Shown: positions 47,421 through 60,339 of the stretch, one piece after another
How the letters are laid out: every line of letters begins with the position of its first letter
Numbering within the stretch: position 1 is the first letter of the stretch
NCBI GenBank assembly: GCA_973895155.1
Contig: OZ316897.1
Location: 21,232,260-21,296,259, forward strand
Reading direction: 5' to 3'
Length of the DNA: 64,000 nucleotides
Source: Marsupella aquatica
Lineage: Eukaryota > Plantae > Marchantiophyta
Notes under the pieces: generated by a model
Told to the model about the DNA's origin: nothing
The model's database searches: none
What the model saw: the letters and a program-made list of their open reading frames with translations, nothing else
Position numbers and translations under genes: made by a program

Positions 47421-49632
47421 TACGGACTCGCTCATTAGTTTATGAGAAGCAAACCAACCAAATCACCCGACGGCGTGAGCGTAGACTCGGGCATCAATTT
47501 TTGGAAAGTCCCTTCGCCTGTTGTACTTTTGTCCATCCTCCCGGGGCAGTATATATGATCTGCTTTTTATCTCCTCGCCAGCGGGCTCACCATCGATCTG
47601 ATCGAACCTTCCGCCCTTATTGCCAATATTAAGTCTGTAGGTATGAGCTCTGGATCCGAAACAAGCGATCACGATCGTCCAGAACTCCAGCGGCGATCAA
47701 GAGGTGTGACGACCCATATATTCCTCACAGTCGATGTATGGACAATGACCTACTTCCGTAGAACCTCCATTATTTTGAATGAGGCTGTCAAATTCCAAAA
47801 GAGCCTAGAGCGGATTGACGATTGTTAAGGCCTACCGTAGCCATTTGACTGTCCCACCAGACTCTGGGTCTGCAGAGCTCTGGTCGCCGTGAGTTGTCCA
47901 TATATAGCCGGCCTGTCGATAGCAAGTATTCCTAAACCCTAAATTAAACTACCACTTATTGGTAGTTACCTCCGGAAACTTAGTCTTCAGGGAGCAGGCC
48001 CACGGGAAATGATATTGCTCCCGGAAACGAAAATTGTGGCCCGGAGTGTGTCGGCAAACGAAATTGGAGATGTAGACGAGGATGTAGATTAAAGAAATCA
48101 ACCCCAAATATATTTTTGAAAAATCACGAGAAATCGTTTAGAATATTGGTGCCCCAACAAATTTTAATGGTTGAGTTGGGTGCTACAAACTCAAATGGCA
48201 ACGTACGCTTCACTTGTTATCTAGATTTGACCTAGCTCTCTCTTTCTCTCTCTCTCTTCAATTCACATCTCACGGCAGGGGATCGATGAAGTTTCAACAG
48301 AGAAAAGTGAATTACTTAGGGCTTGGCTTAAGCTCGACTGTGGCCTCGATATGAATCGAGTAAATGCTATTGTACATCATTTGTCCGTTCAGTTTTAACG
48401 TAACTCTCAGAACCAATCATACTTGTCAGGATTGTAACTCCTGACCTGTACCTATATATTTAAATCGAAGGGAGTTAATTCCCTTCACTCGAAACAGACG
48501 CTACCCATTGGCGCGCATATAAACGATATGGCAAGAGCGCATCTGCCGGTCTGAGGCCACACCGTTCCAGTTTCATGCAGCCTCAGTTTTAATAATTGGT
48601 TGCGTTTCTGCCTAAAGTCCGCCCCTACTACATCCCTTCTGTACTACGCGAACCCCCTCTTGACATTTGACTAAGTATCGATCTGCAACAGTGGTTGGCA
48701 GGTTTAGGGAAATCAAGGTCAAGAATCTAAGCATGGACGAAACTATCTGAGCGACATCATGTCTGCTTCTTTGAACGGATGTTGGCATTACACACCAAAG
48801 CCACTGTGAACATATACGGTCAACCTCACAAAAATGTCCACTGGAAGTAACTCAGGACAAGAGAATGCAAGCTTCAGAGCCATGCGGCGCAGAGAACCTC
48901 AATTGATTTTGAACCGAGCTTTAGCAGTAGCAGTTGCAGTATGTATATATATATAGCACAAACTCGTTTTCCTAAACAGTTTGTACAAATAGCTTCAATT
49001 TCATGGTCCTCTACTATATAGAAGTTTATTATGCCAAACAAGAGCCCTGAAAGTCTAGCTTTGGGCGGTCCATGGATCCGGTACTAAAAAAATCTAATTT
49101 TGTTAAACTAATGTTTGGAATGAGGTAAATTCAGTGAGAGAGAGCAAGAGTGCCCTTTTAATTTACCCGTCTGAACAAATTTTTCTTCAATTCAAACCCA
49201 ACAAAATTTTCCTCTCGGCAAAGATTGTACTATTTCTGCAAGTTACGTAGACTTCAGCAAGCTAGTCTTGCTGGATACCGCAATACAACTAAATCAGCCG
49301 ATCCTTGCGAAGCTTAATATGTGAACGTACAGTTCTTCACTTCTCGAGGAGCATAAATTATATATCGATCAGTACGTACCCAGAGAGGTCTAGGTTTTCA
49401 CGTTCAAGTAACATCGTCAAGCAAGCTCGAGCATCATTGTTGCTTTGCAATTAAGCCCAGCTGAACCGTTAATGGAAATTGATCGATCACTACTTAGGAG
49501 GCGTTGACAGAGCAGCGCCGTCGAATAATCGACCCATGCATGCAGGAGCGAATCCTGATCGAGAGAAAAGAACTTGCTCTCAATCGGTTGACGATACAAA
49601 TTAGTTAATTCTCACACAGCACCGGAGATTAT

Positions 49633-51879
49633 CTAGGTGCGGCGACGGGATATTTTGTAGCTTATTACGGCATAGGCGAGTAATCGATAGAAGACAGTGA
49701 AACCCACCATTATCGCCACGTCCTTCCATTTCTCTCTATCTACGCCTCCTTCTACGCCTAATTGCTGGAGCACCTGCAACCAAGTGAGATTGCAAGCCCT
49801 TGTCTGATTCCCTTTCTGATTGGGTGTGGACAGATTGTCATCTAAACACTCGCCTGCCCGATTTTGGTACTCGTTGGCTAGGAGTGCCTCCAGAGGGTAC
49901 TTCAGCAATGACAGGTAGTGTGCGAAGATCCAATACCTGGGAATCCTTTCTTTCGAGATGAAGTATCCGCAGAAGAGGAAGAAGGCACCCATGCAGACCA
50001 TTACGAGCGAATTTCCCACGATAAAATTGGGCACCAGGGCTGCGAAGAACGAGACGAAGGAGTTGGCCTGGAGGAGAACGAGCCAAATGACGAGCACAAA
50101 GAAGAAGAATGAAGAAGGGGAGGCGGTGAGCTTGACGATGTAGTAGGTGGGGATAGAGTAGATGATGCCTATGACGAGCAGGAACGGAGCAAAGACGATG
50201 GCACTCGACAGCATGTAGGAGAAAATGCGGTATGCGCCTCTCGAGGTCTCCCGTGTGAATATCTGGCGCTCCTGGAGGAAAATTGGAAGAGCCTCAGTGG
50301 AGGATGAGAGGAAGAACGTCAACGTGAAGGCAAAGAAGGAGAATCTCTCTTGTACTCCCTCCCTTCCACCCTTGTTGGAGTTGATGAAGATGGTGCCCAA
50401 CGTGAGCCCTGCCGCCAGCGATTGGAAGGTTCTGGCAAGAAAGAGCTCCTTGGAACGAGCTATATTCTTGAAGCAACGATTTGCAAGCACCATAGTCTCC
50501 TGCATAGTTGAATTGGCGTAAGACACCTTGTTCTCCAGCCTCGACTTTATTTGCGGACTCTCAATCACGAGGTTTGTATCTCTGCTCCAATCGAAGCCTT
50601 CTGGGGGATCCATGAGACCGATCTTCACATTCTCTACCTGGTCCTTGAGCAGCTGCACTCCATGGTCGTCCATCTCGATAGAGAACCTTCCATTCACAGC
50701 GTCGATGGCATACTCCAGTACAGTGGTGTGGGCGGGGATTTCGTGGCCCATTACTGCCAGCCTTGAGGCGAGCATTTCCAACGATCCGTGGTGAACCACT
50801 TTGCCTTCCGCGAGGAGGAGAACCGAATGCATAAGCTCGAGGATTCGGAAATTCGGCTGGTGAATGCTAAGGATGACTGTACAATTACGAGACACCGCCA
50901 TCGATCTGAGGATCGCAACGATGTTCGTGGCAGCCGCGCTGTCGAGACCAGATGTTGGTTCGTCCAAGATGAGCACGGAGGGATCGTGCACAACGTCCAC
51001 TCCGATAGACACGCGTCTCCTCTCGCCCCCGGACACTCCACGGATGGTCTGACTGCCAATTCTGGAGTCGGCGACGTGCTCAAGCCCGAGCTCCACGAGG
51101 AGGGCATCCACTCTCGCCTTCTTGAGAATGAGGGACATGGCGGGCGGCAGCCGAAGCCTGGCGCTGAAGAGAAGCGTCTCGTGCACAGTGAGAGTGGGAA
51201 AGAGGGCGTCGTCCTGCATGACGTACGCCGACACGCGACGGAATCGCGCCACATCCATTATCTTGTCGTTGACGAGTATAGAGTGAGAGCTGATAGGTCT
51301 GATCCGTCCCGCCAGTACTTCAAGGAGAGTAGACTTGCCTGAACCGCTTGGCCCTGCGATGGCAAGAAGCTCCCCGGCCATAGCATTGAAGCTGACATTC
51401 CTCAGAATGTGTTGAACGTCGATGTCACTCGCTTGCTGCTGCTTCTGGAGGTTCAGTTCGTTGGCTCCAGTACTCACGCTCGCATGAACTCTAGAAGTTT
51501 CAGGCAGGCTCTTACTGCTGCCGTGGATCTTACATGCGAGAAACCTCCTTACCGTTAGGAGCTGAGAGTTATGGCTGTGGCTTGGCAGCTTGTAGTTCAG
51601 GTTTCTCACTTGGATATTGTAGGATTTCGTTCTCTGAACTTGGAGAAATACCGAAGGGACGAAGTATCCGGGTGAATGCCATGGTTGAGGCGATGGACTT
51701 CCTTGTAGCAAATCATCCTGGGCATTGAAGGCTGCAACTGATCTCACCGAAGATGAGATGTAGCCGCAGTGCCGACTGACTTTTCGAGTGTTGTCGTCTG
51801 CAGCGGCAGTTTGATCATGGTCAACGACCTTCTGTCGGCCACCGCCTGTCTCCATTACTTCAACTGAATCTGACTGCAT
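49633..51879 (-). CDS. ABCG: ABC transporter G family half-transporter (WBC type, NBD-TMD), intronless, 748 aa
   Basis: Walker A GPSGSGKST, Q-loop YVMQDD, signature VSGGERRRVSIG, Walker B ILDEPTSGLD, SIHQP, C-terminal ABC2 membrane domain with RETSRGAY. Resembles the intronless AtABCG5/8/10/23-type clade (from memory). The start could alternatively be the ATG at 51855. Confidence 0.95.
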   Translation of the reverse strand: MQSDSVEVMETGGGRQKVVDHDQTAAADDNTRKVSRHCGYISSSVRSVAAFNAQDDLLQGSPSPQPWHSPGYFVPSVFLQVQRTKSYNIQVRNLNYKLPSHSHNSQLLTVRRFLACKIHGSSKSLPETSRVHASVSTGANELNLQKQQQASDIDVQHILRNVSFNAMAGELLAIAGPSGSGKSTLLEVLAGRIRPISSHSILVNDKIMDVARFRRVSAYVMQDDALFPTLTVHETLLFSARLRLPPAMSLILKKARVDALLVELGLEHVADSRIGSQTIRGVSGGERRRVSIGVDVVHDPSVLILDEPTSGLDSAAATNIVAILRSMAVSRNCTVILSIHQPNFRILELMHSVLLLAEGKVVHHGSLEMLASRLAVMGHEIPAHTTVLEYAIDAVNGRFSIEMDDHGVQLLKDQVENVKIGLMDPPEGFDWSRDTNLVIESPQIKSRLENKVSYANSTMQETMVLANRCFKNIARSKELFLARTFQSLAAGLTLGTIFINSNKGGREGVQERFSFFAFTLTFFLSSSTEALPIFLQERQIFTRETSRGAYRIFSYMLSSAIVFAPFLLVIGIIYSIPTYYIVKLTASPSSFFFFVLVIWLVLLQANSFVSFFAALVPNFIVGNSLVMVCMGAFFLFCGYFISKERIPRYWIFAHYLSLLKYPLEALLANEYQNRAGECLDDNLSTPNQKGNQTRACNLTWLQVLQQLGVEGGVDREKWKDVAIMVGFTVFYRLLAYAVISYKISRRRT

Positions 51880-52779
51880 GATGTGGAATTCTCTCGATCT
51901 ATCATCCTTATATATGTATATCCTACATCATGTGTCTGAGCTCTTACTGAATCTCGAACGTACTGAGCTCCATGTAAACTGCATAAGAATATGCATTTGT
52001 ACGATAGAGGGATACGGACTTGCATTTCCCATGCGATAGTTGCGTGCTCTAGGGCGTGATCAAACGTCCAGTGATTGAGTCCTCTTTGAGCCACGAAGAC
52101 ATCGGAGTCATGATCGGTACAGTGAACTCTGTTTGAACAATTCCGCCCACTAGTTTTGAATCACTGTTAAAGCTAATGCCAGAGTACAGGACGATATAAA
52201 CCTGGACGAGACTAAGACAGCAGGTAGTCAATCAGACATCGACAAGGACGCTGGGTTGATCGACTACCTTGCTGTCTTAGTATTCTATTCAGAGCCTATA
52301 ATGACGATTTAACAAGAATCTCATATGCACAAGTTTATTTCTGCTTATTTAACAGTTCCTGGGATATTCTGGGGTGCTCGGCTGCAGTAATGCGCCATGC
52401 GCCATGGGTCCATTCTGTCATAAGGTGAACATCTCTCAAGCGTACGGGAATGGGACTTTGAGTACTCACGTGTAAAGAGCACGCAAAATACCCCTAGAGC
52501 CTCGATCACGCCACAACGAGAAGTGGAGATAGCAAAGCATACAGCAAGAACAAAATGTATAATTGGGTTGCACACGAATATGCAGGAACTGGAGCCGATG
52601 TTGTTGATTTTGGTTTCTTCAAAACTTGTTTTACCACAAAAGGTTGAACCATTAACAGCTAAGTATATATAGATCATCTGTCTAGCTTAAGAGCTGAAAT
52701 CACTGTTGACATGGCTACCAACTAAGTAAAGAGGAATACAGTCGATTCCAGTGTGCAATTAACAACAAAGGATTTAGCA

Positions 52780-53850
52780 ACTCTGACTGTGGTACACCCC
52801 GGAATCGACAATTTGGATCGCTAATTCGATGCTGAGAAAAGCCGAAGGTGATCTACCTCCGGTAGATTCCAGAATACCCAACTCGGATTGCTACCTCCTG
52901 GTACAGGAAACCATGCAATTGACAACAAATCTCCTGCAAATCTAACTATCGTACGTCCCCGAGTCCCCAACAAATCTTCGACAAATCTAACTGTGGTACG
53001 TCCCAGAAACCACAATTTGGATAGCTGCCTCATAGTCAGCTAGATCATATTATTCAACAACCGTACGTTCTGGCAGATGAGTGGCACATCCCAGAATCCA
53101 CAATTTGGATGGCTAAGTCCTAAGTAAGTTGAACGGGAGTAGAATAGGCCATGCAATACGTCGACAACAAAGCTGCGGAGTATTTAACTGTGGTACATCC
53201 TAGATTCAACAGTTCCGACAGGTACGTACCTACTGAGTAGCGCTGCAAAGGAGTACGTATAGTCGACCATGTCATGTAATTGTATAGCGTCCACGAATTC
53301 ACAGTAAAATGAGATGAGTACCTACTAAGTACTGTAGCTAGACTACGTAGTTGATAACAAAGCTTCGTCATGGTCCCTTTCTAGAATCCAACATTCGGAT
53401 GGCTTCCACCGAATTAATGCTGAAGGGTAGTACAGTATACCATGTAATTGATAACCAAGCTTCAAGGCATATATTACGTGGCACATCCCAAAACACAGAG
53501 TTGAGATAGGTACCGACTGAGTAGAGTAAAGGTGAAAGAGGAGTACAGTAGACCATGTAATTGATAACAAAGCTTCCAGACATATGTTCCTGTGGCACAT
53601 CCCAGAATACAGAGTTGAGATATGTACCGACTGAGTAGAGTAAAGGTGAAAGAGGAGTACAGTAGACCACGCAATTGACAAATGGAGCTTCGGCATATTT
53701 AACAATAATGGTACATCCCAGAAATCAGAATTGAGGTGGCTACCTACTGAGTAAATCTCAAGGAGGAGTAGAGTACACCATCCAATTGCCACAGAGCTTC
53801 GGCACGTTTTAACTATGTTACATCCCATCTACAGTTGACTGGCTACCAGC
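52780..53850. repeat. Degenerate tandem array (~105-116 bp period) upstream of the ABCG gene
   Basis: GTGG(C/T)ACATCCCAGAA-like core recurs at ~52790, 52993, 53082, 53190, 53478, 53592, 53708, 53815; two near-identical 114-bp units at 53440-53690. Confidence 0.8.
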
Positions 53851-55082
53851 TACAGTAATGGTAAGGGGGTATACAGTATGGTATTCATGATGAAGTCTCT
53901 ACGGTAATTATAATACGATACGCAGTGTACATACAGAAATACTACCAACACAGGATCTGTTAGAAGGATCCTTACTAAGACCTTCACAAGTCTCAATTCA
54001 TCTAGCATTTGCATTTGCACCAGCAGTATTTAATTCTGTCCATACCGTGTTTCTAACATAAATTACCGTGGTCCAAATTGAATTGTGACCATTGAACAGT
54101 GAAGTGAAGTCAGGTAACAGTACAATTAATAATTGATGAGCTCAATCAGCTCCTCATTCACTGTATAGCATGTTCGTGCATGCTCATTTAGGCATGTTTC
54201 ATTATTTGTCTTGCAATGATGTGCAGACTGAATTAGACTGAGGGCTATTGCATAATATTTGAATAGATTGAGTGTAATAAAATACAAAAATAAAAGTATG
54301 GGCACAGGACAAAGAAAAGTACATCTCCCACCATAATGAAGACTAAAAGTACATGTGCACAAGTCTTGAAAAGTTGTGCCTATATCACACCCACTTTAGT
54401 TGAAGGAAACCCCTTGGAACCTGATCACTGGCCAGCTCTGGCTGTAGTCTCTAAACTACTTGTTTGGTTGCCTCCTTTCTGAGGTCTAACTTCTTCCCAG
54501 GTACTGGCCTCTCTGGTCTTAGCATGTCACCCATTGGTCCCTTGGGTTGGCCTCCCTCTTTTGGGGCCCCCGTTTTTTATGCTGGCTATCTAATGGGTTT
54601 CATTTGGTTTTGGGGGGGCAAAAAATTGAGATGTGCATACAAGCTACAGATTCTCGCTTGCCTTAATGACACCCAAATCAATATATAAAAGGTTGTGCAC
54701 ATATTTAAGCAGTACACAAGATATTCAATTGCCTTAGGGGGGCCGGTATAGAGTTCTAGAGCAAAGCTGGTACAGAAGATATTCACTTGCCTTAGGTATA
54801 GAGATCTGACTGGAGCAAAGCCTCTAGACCGTAACTCTAGATAAAGACAAAATTGAGTGAATACCAAAAGCACTGATGGGGCAATTAAAGATGAACGGGA
54901 ACAACTGACATAGGTTTTTTTGTACGTAAGGCTTTTTTCACACAAACTTTTCAATTTGGAAGGCTTTTTTTGTCGTATCTCTTTTAACATTCAAAGAATG
55001 GGCACGCATTCAGGCTTGTGCATATATAAAGATCTATGTAGATATTGATATCAAGACTCTTGAGTAATTTTTTTTTGTTCCA

Positions 55083-55649
55083 TGTCACACCATTCTAGGT
55101 AGTGTTAGAGTGTATTGTACTATCTAGATCTGTATGTTTGATATGTGTGCTAAATGAGCCAATAAGGTTCCGTTAGGTTGTGTGAGAGGGTAGTTCTCTC
55201 TTGTGAGGCATTGAAAGGTTATCTTTCAATGTTGAGCCTTGGGAAAGAAGAGCTTGTGTGGTGGCTATGGTGGCTGAGAGCTCTCTCTATGTAGCGTGGA
55301 TTCCTTGAGTGCAAGGTGCGTTGGCTCGACATACATGTGTGATCGGATCGGTGCGGGATCGATGGGGTATTGTTGACCGGGATTGTTGTTCAGATTCTAT
55401 TGAGATTATTGTGGGTTCTGGACATGTGTGGACATGAATTCCACTTGTACTTCATTCTCTTGTGTTTGTGATGTGGCAGTGTGACTATGTCTGAATATAT
55501 ATGATAAACGATGTATGTTGTGTAGCGATGTGTATGCGCACGACATCCATGGTTTTCCATGGTTGTGGTTAAGACATTTGAGTGTTATCATTGGATTATC
55601 CAGCTCTGCCATGCTTTGTATGTGAGGCATATGCCTTTCATTTGTGACA
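55083..55649. mobile_element. Possible solo LTR
   Basis: Bounded by the perfect IR TGTCACA...TGTGACA with LTR-like composition, but flanks TTCCA/GAAAA are not a TSD. Confidence 0.3.
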
Positions 55650-55702
55650 GAAAACTTCTTGAGGAGTGGGTGGGGTGGGGCTCATTGAATTTAAAAGAAA
55701 CC

Positions 55703-58700
55703 TGTTAGACAATGGCTATAATTCATACACCAACAACACAAGGATAATCTTTTCATGAGCCAATGTGGCTTATAAGGTGTTACACATTGGATGGTTATAA
55801 CTACCTTCTCCTAGTCTCATGACTCTCTATATCTAGTCCCTATATACCCCTTTGTATCACTCTATGAGTTAGGGTTAAGTGTATTCTAACACTCCCCCTT
55901 GGTTACTTCAATAGAAAGTAACCATTCTATAGAATAGAGTTAATCCTAATTCAAGGTATATTAGAACTTATAAACGACATGATCTCATTAAAAAACCCCC
56001 TGCTTTCTTCTTTGGGGTAAAAAGAGTATCACTGTCTTACATGTAATAAGTTCGTTAAGTTGAGGGGACTGAGTATATGCTAAGTAGTAATGTGTCATTC
56101 TACCAGGTATTACGGGTTTAGGGTGATCGTAATAATAATGCCTGAAACGAGTAGTTGAGGGCATTTAGGTACTAGGGAAAATCTGAGAGTTTGCGTAGGC
56201 CGATTCCTGTCGAGTGTGCTTCGTGCAGGACACGAGGTAAGGGCTTCGTGAATAGATCGGCGCGATTGTCTTTGGAAGGTATCCATTGGACGTTAATCTG
56301 ATCACCATGCTGTTCATGTGTATGGAAGAATTTAGGTGCTATGTGCTTAATTCGATCTCCCTTGATAAATCCTTTAGCAATTTGGTCAACGCAGGGTCTG
56401 TTATCTTCGTAGATGATTGTTGGTTTGGTGAGGACTTCTTGACCGGTGGAGACGTGGATATGGTTGATAAGTTGGCGAAGCCATAAGCATTCGCGACTAG
56501 CTTCGTATAGGGCGATTATTTCCACATGGTTGGAGGAAGTTGTTGTCAGTGTCTGCTTAGCACTTTTCCAGGATATTGCCGTGGATCCTTGCAGGAAGAC
56601 ATAGCCCGTCTGGGACTTGGCATCATCAGGATCGGAGAGGTAACCTGCGTCAGCGAAACCAATCAGTTCATTAGGCATATCTTTAGGAAAGTAGAGGCCA
56701 GTGTCAATCGTACCTTGGAGGTAGCGCAGAATTCTCTTGATAGCTGAGTCAGGGAATTGAGTTCTTAGGCGTATAATCTGAGTTAGTAGGCGAGCAAATA
56801 CCAGATTTTGGGTGGAGATTAGTGAGACCGAGGACCATTTCGTGGATGAGCATATCATCACTAGAAAGAACCGAAATGGTCCACTTGGTGGGTCTATTGG
56901 GCCGCAGACATCCACGTTTATCTGTGAGAGGAAATCAGGTATGTGGTGGGTGTTTTTAGTGGTGGCAGGCATTGTAATCAATTTGCCTTGTGCACATGGG
57001 ATGCATGTCTCATGTTTAGATGATGGATGGACTCCTTGGGGAATGCCCGTGGTGTTCTTGAGGATTTTGTGGTACATTCCTGGGCCAGGGTGGCCAAGGC
57101 GGAAATGCCATAGTTCTGTGGGTGATAAGGGTTGGGCCTGTGAATGATAAGCTGTAATTTTGGTGGCGTATACTCCAGGGGGAAGAAGTGGTGAGGTCTC
57201 TAGTATGATTGGGCCAGTATCAGTTTCCTGAAAGATCTGCAAAGCATCTACTTGGTGGTCAGGTGCAGAGCGAATGTGGAGGTTGTTTTGGTGAATATCG
57301 TGGAAGCTGAGTAGATTTCTGGTTGCAAATGGGGCGTAGATGGCAGATTGGATTTGAATAATTGTGCCATTCGGGAGGGTGAGTTCAGCGGGTCCGTGTC
57401 CTTCCTCTAATTGGTTTATACCTGTAATGGTGGTCACAGGTCTATTGGATGGGGATATGTGCTGAAAGTATTGTTTATCTTTTAATATTGTGTGAGAGGT
57501 GCCACTGTCGAGGATGCAGGTATAGATGTCGGAGGGTGAGTTGGGGTTCTTTCCCTGTAATACCATGTGTATATCTGGTGGGGGCGTTGCAAGTGTGTAT
57601 TGTGAGAGGTCTTCATCAATCTCAAGGTGGTTTGCGGCTATGGCCGTGTTCGTGGTTTGCAGAGAGGCCTGGTATAGTTTGACCAGGTGGGATTGGACTT
57701 TACAGTTCTTGTTGATATGACCAGGTCCGCCGCAACGGAAACACTTAGCCTGATTCTTTGTGGGTGTGATGTGTGCAGGTATGTTTTGAGTATAATTTGG
57801 CTTGCGTTGCCAAGGATTCGTGGTTGGCTTTGTGGTGCCGTTGTCCGTGCGTGTTTGGCGTCTCCAATTAAATCTTTTGAAGCGGCCCGTATTTCTTCTA
57901 AGAGGGCCATTGTTGCCTTTGTAAGAGGGATTACCTCTGTTGGTACTCGTGAATTGGGTTTCAGTCCTGGGTAGCTTACCTGGTGGTCTTTCTCGGGAGT
58001 TCTTAAGGAGAAGGAGATCGTTCTTCTCAGCCAGGAGCATAACTGCAATTAGATCAGAGAATTGGGTGAAGTGGCGTTGTTGGTAGATCTGTGACAATTG
58101 CATATTCGTTGCAGAGAATGTGGAGAGTGTTTTTTCGATCTTGGCTGCCTCGTTGATGGGTTCTCCACATGTTGCGAGTTGAGCAGTTATACGAAAGAGG
58201 GCACTGTTGTATTTTGCAATAGTCGGGTAATCTAGGACTCTTAGATGAATCCATTCGTTGCGAGCGGCTGGAAGGGAGATTAGGCGGAGGTGATCGAACC
58301 TCAATTTTAGAGCATCCCAAAGGGCTCTCGGGTTATACTCTGTGAGGTATTCAAGTTGTAAATCAGCGTCTAGGTGATGGCGGATAATGTACAGGGCCTG
58401 GGCCTTCTCCTGTAATGTTCCATAATTGTCCCCCAATAAAATATCGCCGAGGCCTTTCATGTTGAGAACGATTTTGGCATTCTGTGCCCAAGAGAAGTAA
58501 TTCTCGCCGTCTATTATAAGTGACGGGAATTGGAGCTTCTCCAAAGTTGTCATTGTCAGGTTAATTGAAGTCTAGTAGCCCTGGGGAATTGGTCGTGGTC
58601 TGTGTAAATCAGGGTGCGGGCGGTGAAGAATTGTCGATGACAATTGGAAGTTATCAAAGAGAGAAAGAGGGAAAAAAAAACATAAGCTCGAGAAGATTGA

Positions 58701-58913
58701 AGGGCATAAAACGTGCTGATAACGTGTTAGACGATGGCTATAATTCATACACCAACAACACAAGGATAATCTTTTCATGAGCCAATGTGGCTTATAAGGT
58801 GTTACACATTGGATGGTTATAACTACCTTCTCCTAGTCTCATGACTCTCTATATCTAGTCCCTATATACCCCTTTGTATCACTCTATGAGTTAGGGTTAA
58901 GTGTATTCTAACA
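55703..58913 (-). mobile_element. Young non-autonomous Ty1/Copia element, Bianca lineage, 3211 bp
   Basis: 189-bp LTRs at 55703-55891 and 58725-58913 (1 difference); TSD AAACC; PBS CGTTATCAGCACG (half-tRNA-iMet type typical of Bianca); PPT AAGGGGGAG. Confidence 0.95.
56172..58553 (-). CDS. Bianca polyprotein with in-frame internal deletion: Gag-ZnK-PR-INT(N-part) fused to RT C-terminal end-RNase H, 793 aa
   Basis: CFRCGGPGHINKNC, ILDSGTSH, WHFRLGH, DVCGP...RLRTQFPDSA joined to IKRILRYLQGT...GFADAGYLSDP; no RT catalytic YVDD. Confidence 0.9.
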   Translation of the reverse strand: MTTLEKLQFPSLIIDGENYFSWAQNAKIVLNMKGLGDILLGDNYGTLQEKAQALYIIRHHLDADLQLEYLTEYNPRALWDALKLRFDHLRLISLPAARNEWIHLRVLDYPTIAKYNSALFRITAQLATCGEPINEAAKIEKTLSTFSATNMQLSQIYQQRHFTQFSDLIAVMLLAEKNDLLLLKNSRERPPGKLPRTETQFTSTNRGNPSYKGNNGPLRRNTGRFKRFNWRRQTRTDNGTTKPTTNPWQRKPNYTQNIPAHITPTKNQAKCFRCGGPGHINKNCKVQSHLVKLYQASLQTTNTAIAANHLEIDEDLSQYTLATPPPDIHMVLQGKNPNSPSDIYTCILDSGTSHTILKDKQYFQHISPSNRPVTTITGINQLEEGHGPAELTLPNGTIIQIQSAIYAPFATRNLLSFHDIHQNNLHIRSAPDHQVDALQIFQETDTGPIILETSPLLPPGVYATKITAYHSQAQPLSPTELWHFRLGHPGPGMYHKILKNTTGIPQGVHPSSKHETCIPCAQGKLITMPATTKNTHHIPDFLSQINVDVCGPIDPPSGPFRFFLVMICSSTKWSSVSLISTQNLVFARLLTQIIRLRTQFPDSAIKRILRYLQGTIDTGLYFPKDMPNELIGFADAGYLSDPDDAKSQTGYVFLQGSTAISWKSAKQTLTTTSSNHVEIIALYEASRECLWLRQLINHIHVSTGQEVLTKPTIIYEDNRPCVDQIAKGFIKGDRIKHIAPKFFHTHEQHGDQINVQWIPSKDNRADLFTKPLPRVLHEAHSTGIGLRKLSDFP

Positions 58914-60339
58914 AAACCCATATAAAATCACACTTTAATAGGGAGCACTCAGTATAATAAAATAGGGAGCACAGTTAGAATTTCTAATATTTAAATGGGT
59001 CTAAACCATTTTCAAATTCATAGAAAATACAGCAGCATCAAAGAAATAATATCACTCTCTTGAGCAAGTCACTGGGTTCACCATTATAAGTGTCAAAATT
59101 GATGACAAGCTCCTCATTTACTACTTCCTTCAATATTTATAAACTGAAATTCATCTTGTGACTAACTACTCTTTGGTCACAGACATAATTTATGGGTCAA
59201 ACCTGGCTTTAAATTAAACTTAAATAATGCCCTTTGTGATTTTTCCTTTCGTACTTTTCAGGGCAGCCACTCTGGGAGCATAACGCCCTGGTCAAAATCT
59301 GGATCATCTATTTAGGAAGATTCTCCTGTACTTTTACTAGAGTTAGCAAAAATTACTCAGGCCTTGAAGTGTAGTAAGGTCCTATTTCAGGACAATATGG
59401 GCAATAATAGCCCCTCAAAACTAAAACTGAAGCTCCCATTTTTTTGGAATTATATCCCACTAGCACAATACCCATGTGTTGCACAAAATATGTTTGTGGA
59501 AAAGTTGTTGTTGTGTAAATTTGTCATTTGTAGAAAAGACAATATTGTGCTCATGAGGTCATTGTGTAAAGATGGTTGCGGAGAAAAAGTCCTTGCACAA
59601 AGCTCATGCAGGCTACCCGTCAGACAAAGAAAGAGCAAATATTTAATAAAATCTCTGTTGTGGAAAATATGTCATCCTTGTCCCATCCATTGGTAGGAAT
59701 CATATTAGACTTTGATTCTATTTTTTTTAATTTGCTTAGTTTCTTACCTAGTGTCCTGCCTAGTGTCATATTGGTAGCTTAGAAATTTTTAAACCGACAC
59801 CCAACTCGCACCTCAAAGAAAGTTGCCCCTCTCTCTCACTAAAGGGGAAGAAAGCCACACCACACAACGACCAAAACACAACATGGCCTATCAAACCCCA
59901 AAAAACTACTTCTACACGTACCTCCTGAAAAATGGATAGACTGAGGCAAAACCTTTTTCTAACAGAGGTTAAAAATATTCAAAAAGGCTAGGGAAATTAA
60001 ATTTCCTGCTCATCCGGCCTTCTTTCATTCCTCCTACTCATATGTCATACTCACATACTTGACGATGGAGTGTAGGCAATACATAATTAAATGTATACCT
60101 TGCACTTCAGTTACCACATGTACTAATGTGAAACTTTGGACAGGTACTCATGTGAAATATGTTCGCTCAAGTTTGGACACGTATCTAAGTATACATTTGG
60201 TTATTTTAATAGCTTGTCTGATTTTCAGAGGATTCCACAACCCAAGAAACTGAGAGATCAAATGTGAAGGCTCTCATAGATGGAAATTATTTGTCTCTCC
60301 CTCCTTCCATTTCTCCCCCTTGCCATCTCAAGGCCCAAG

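Noticed and set aside
47931-47945. Telomere-like CTAAACCCTAAA
   Set aside because: Fewer than two full units; chance or an isolated telo-box with no adjacent supported gene.
49918-51342. Antisense ORFs over the ABCG gene and over gag-pol/LTR ORFs
   Set aside because: Shadow ORFs expected from the codon bias of the real strand.
52780-53850. Possible CRISPR array or repeat-protein ORFs (53343-53828)
   Set aside because: Whole units are homologous (no unique spacers) and unit lengths are not consistently multiples of three.
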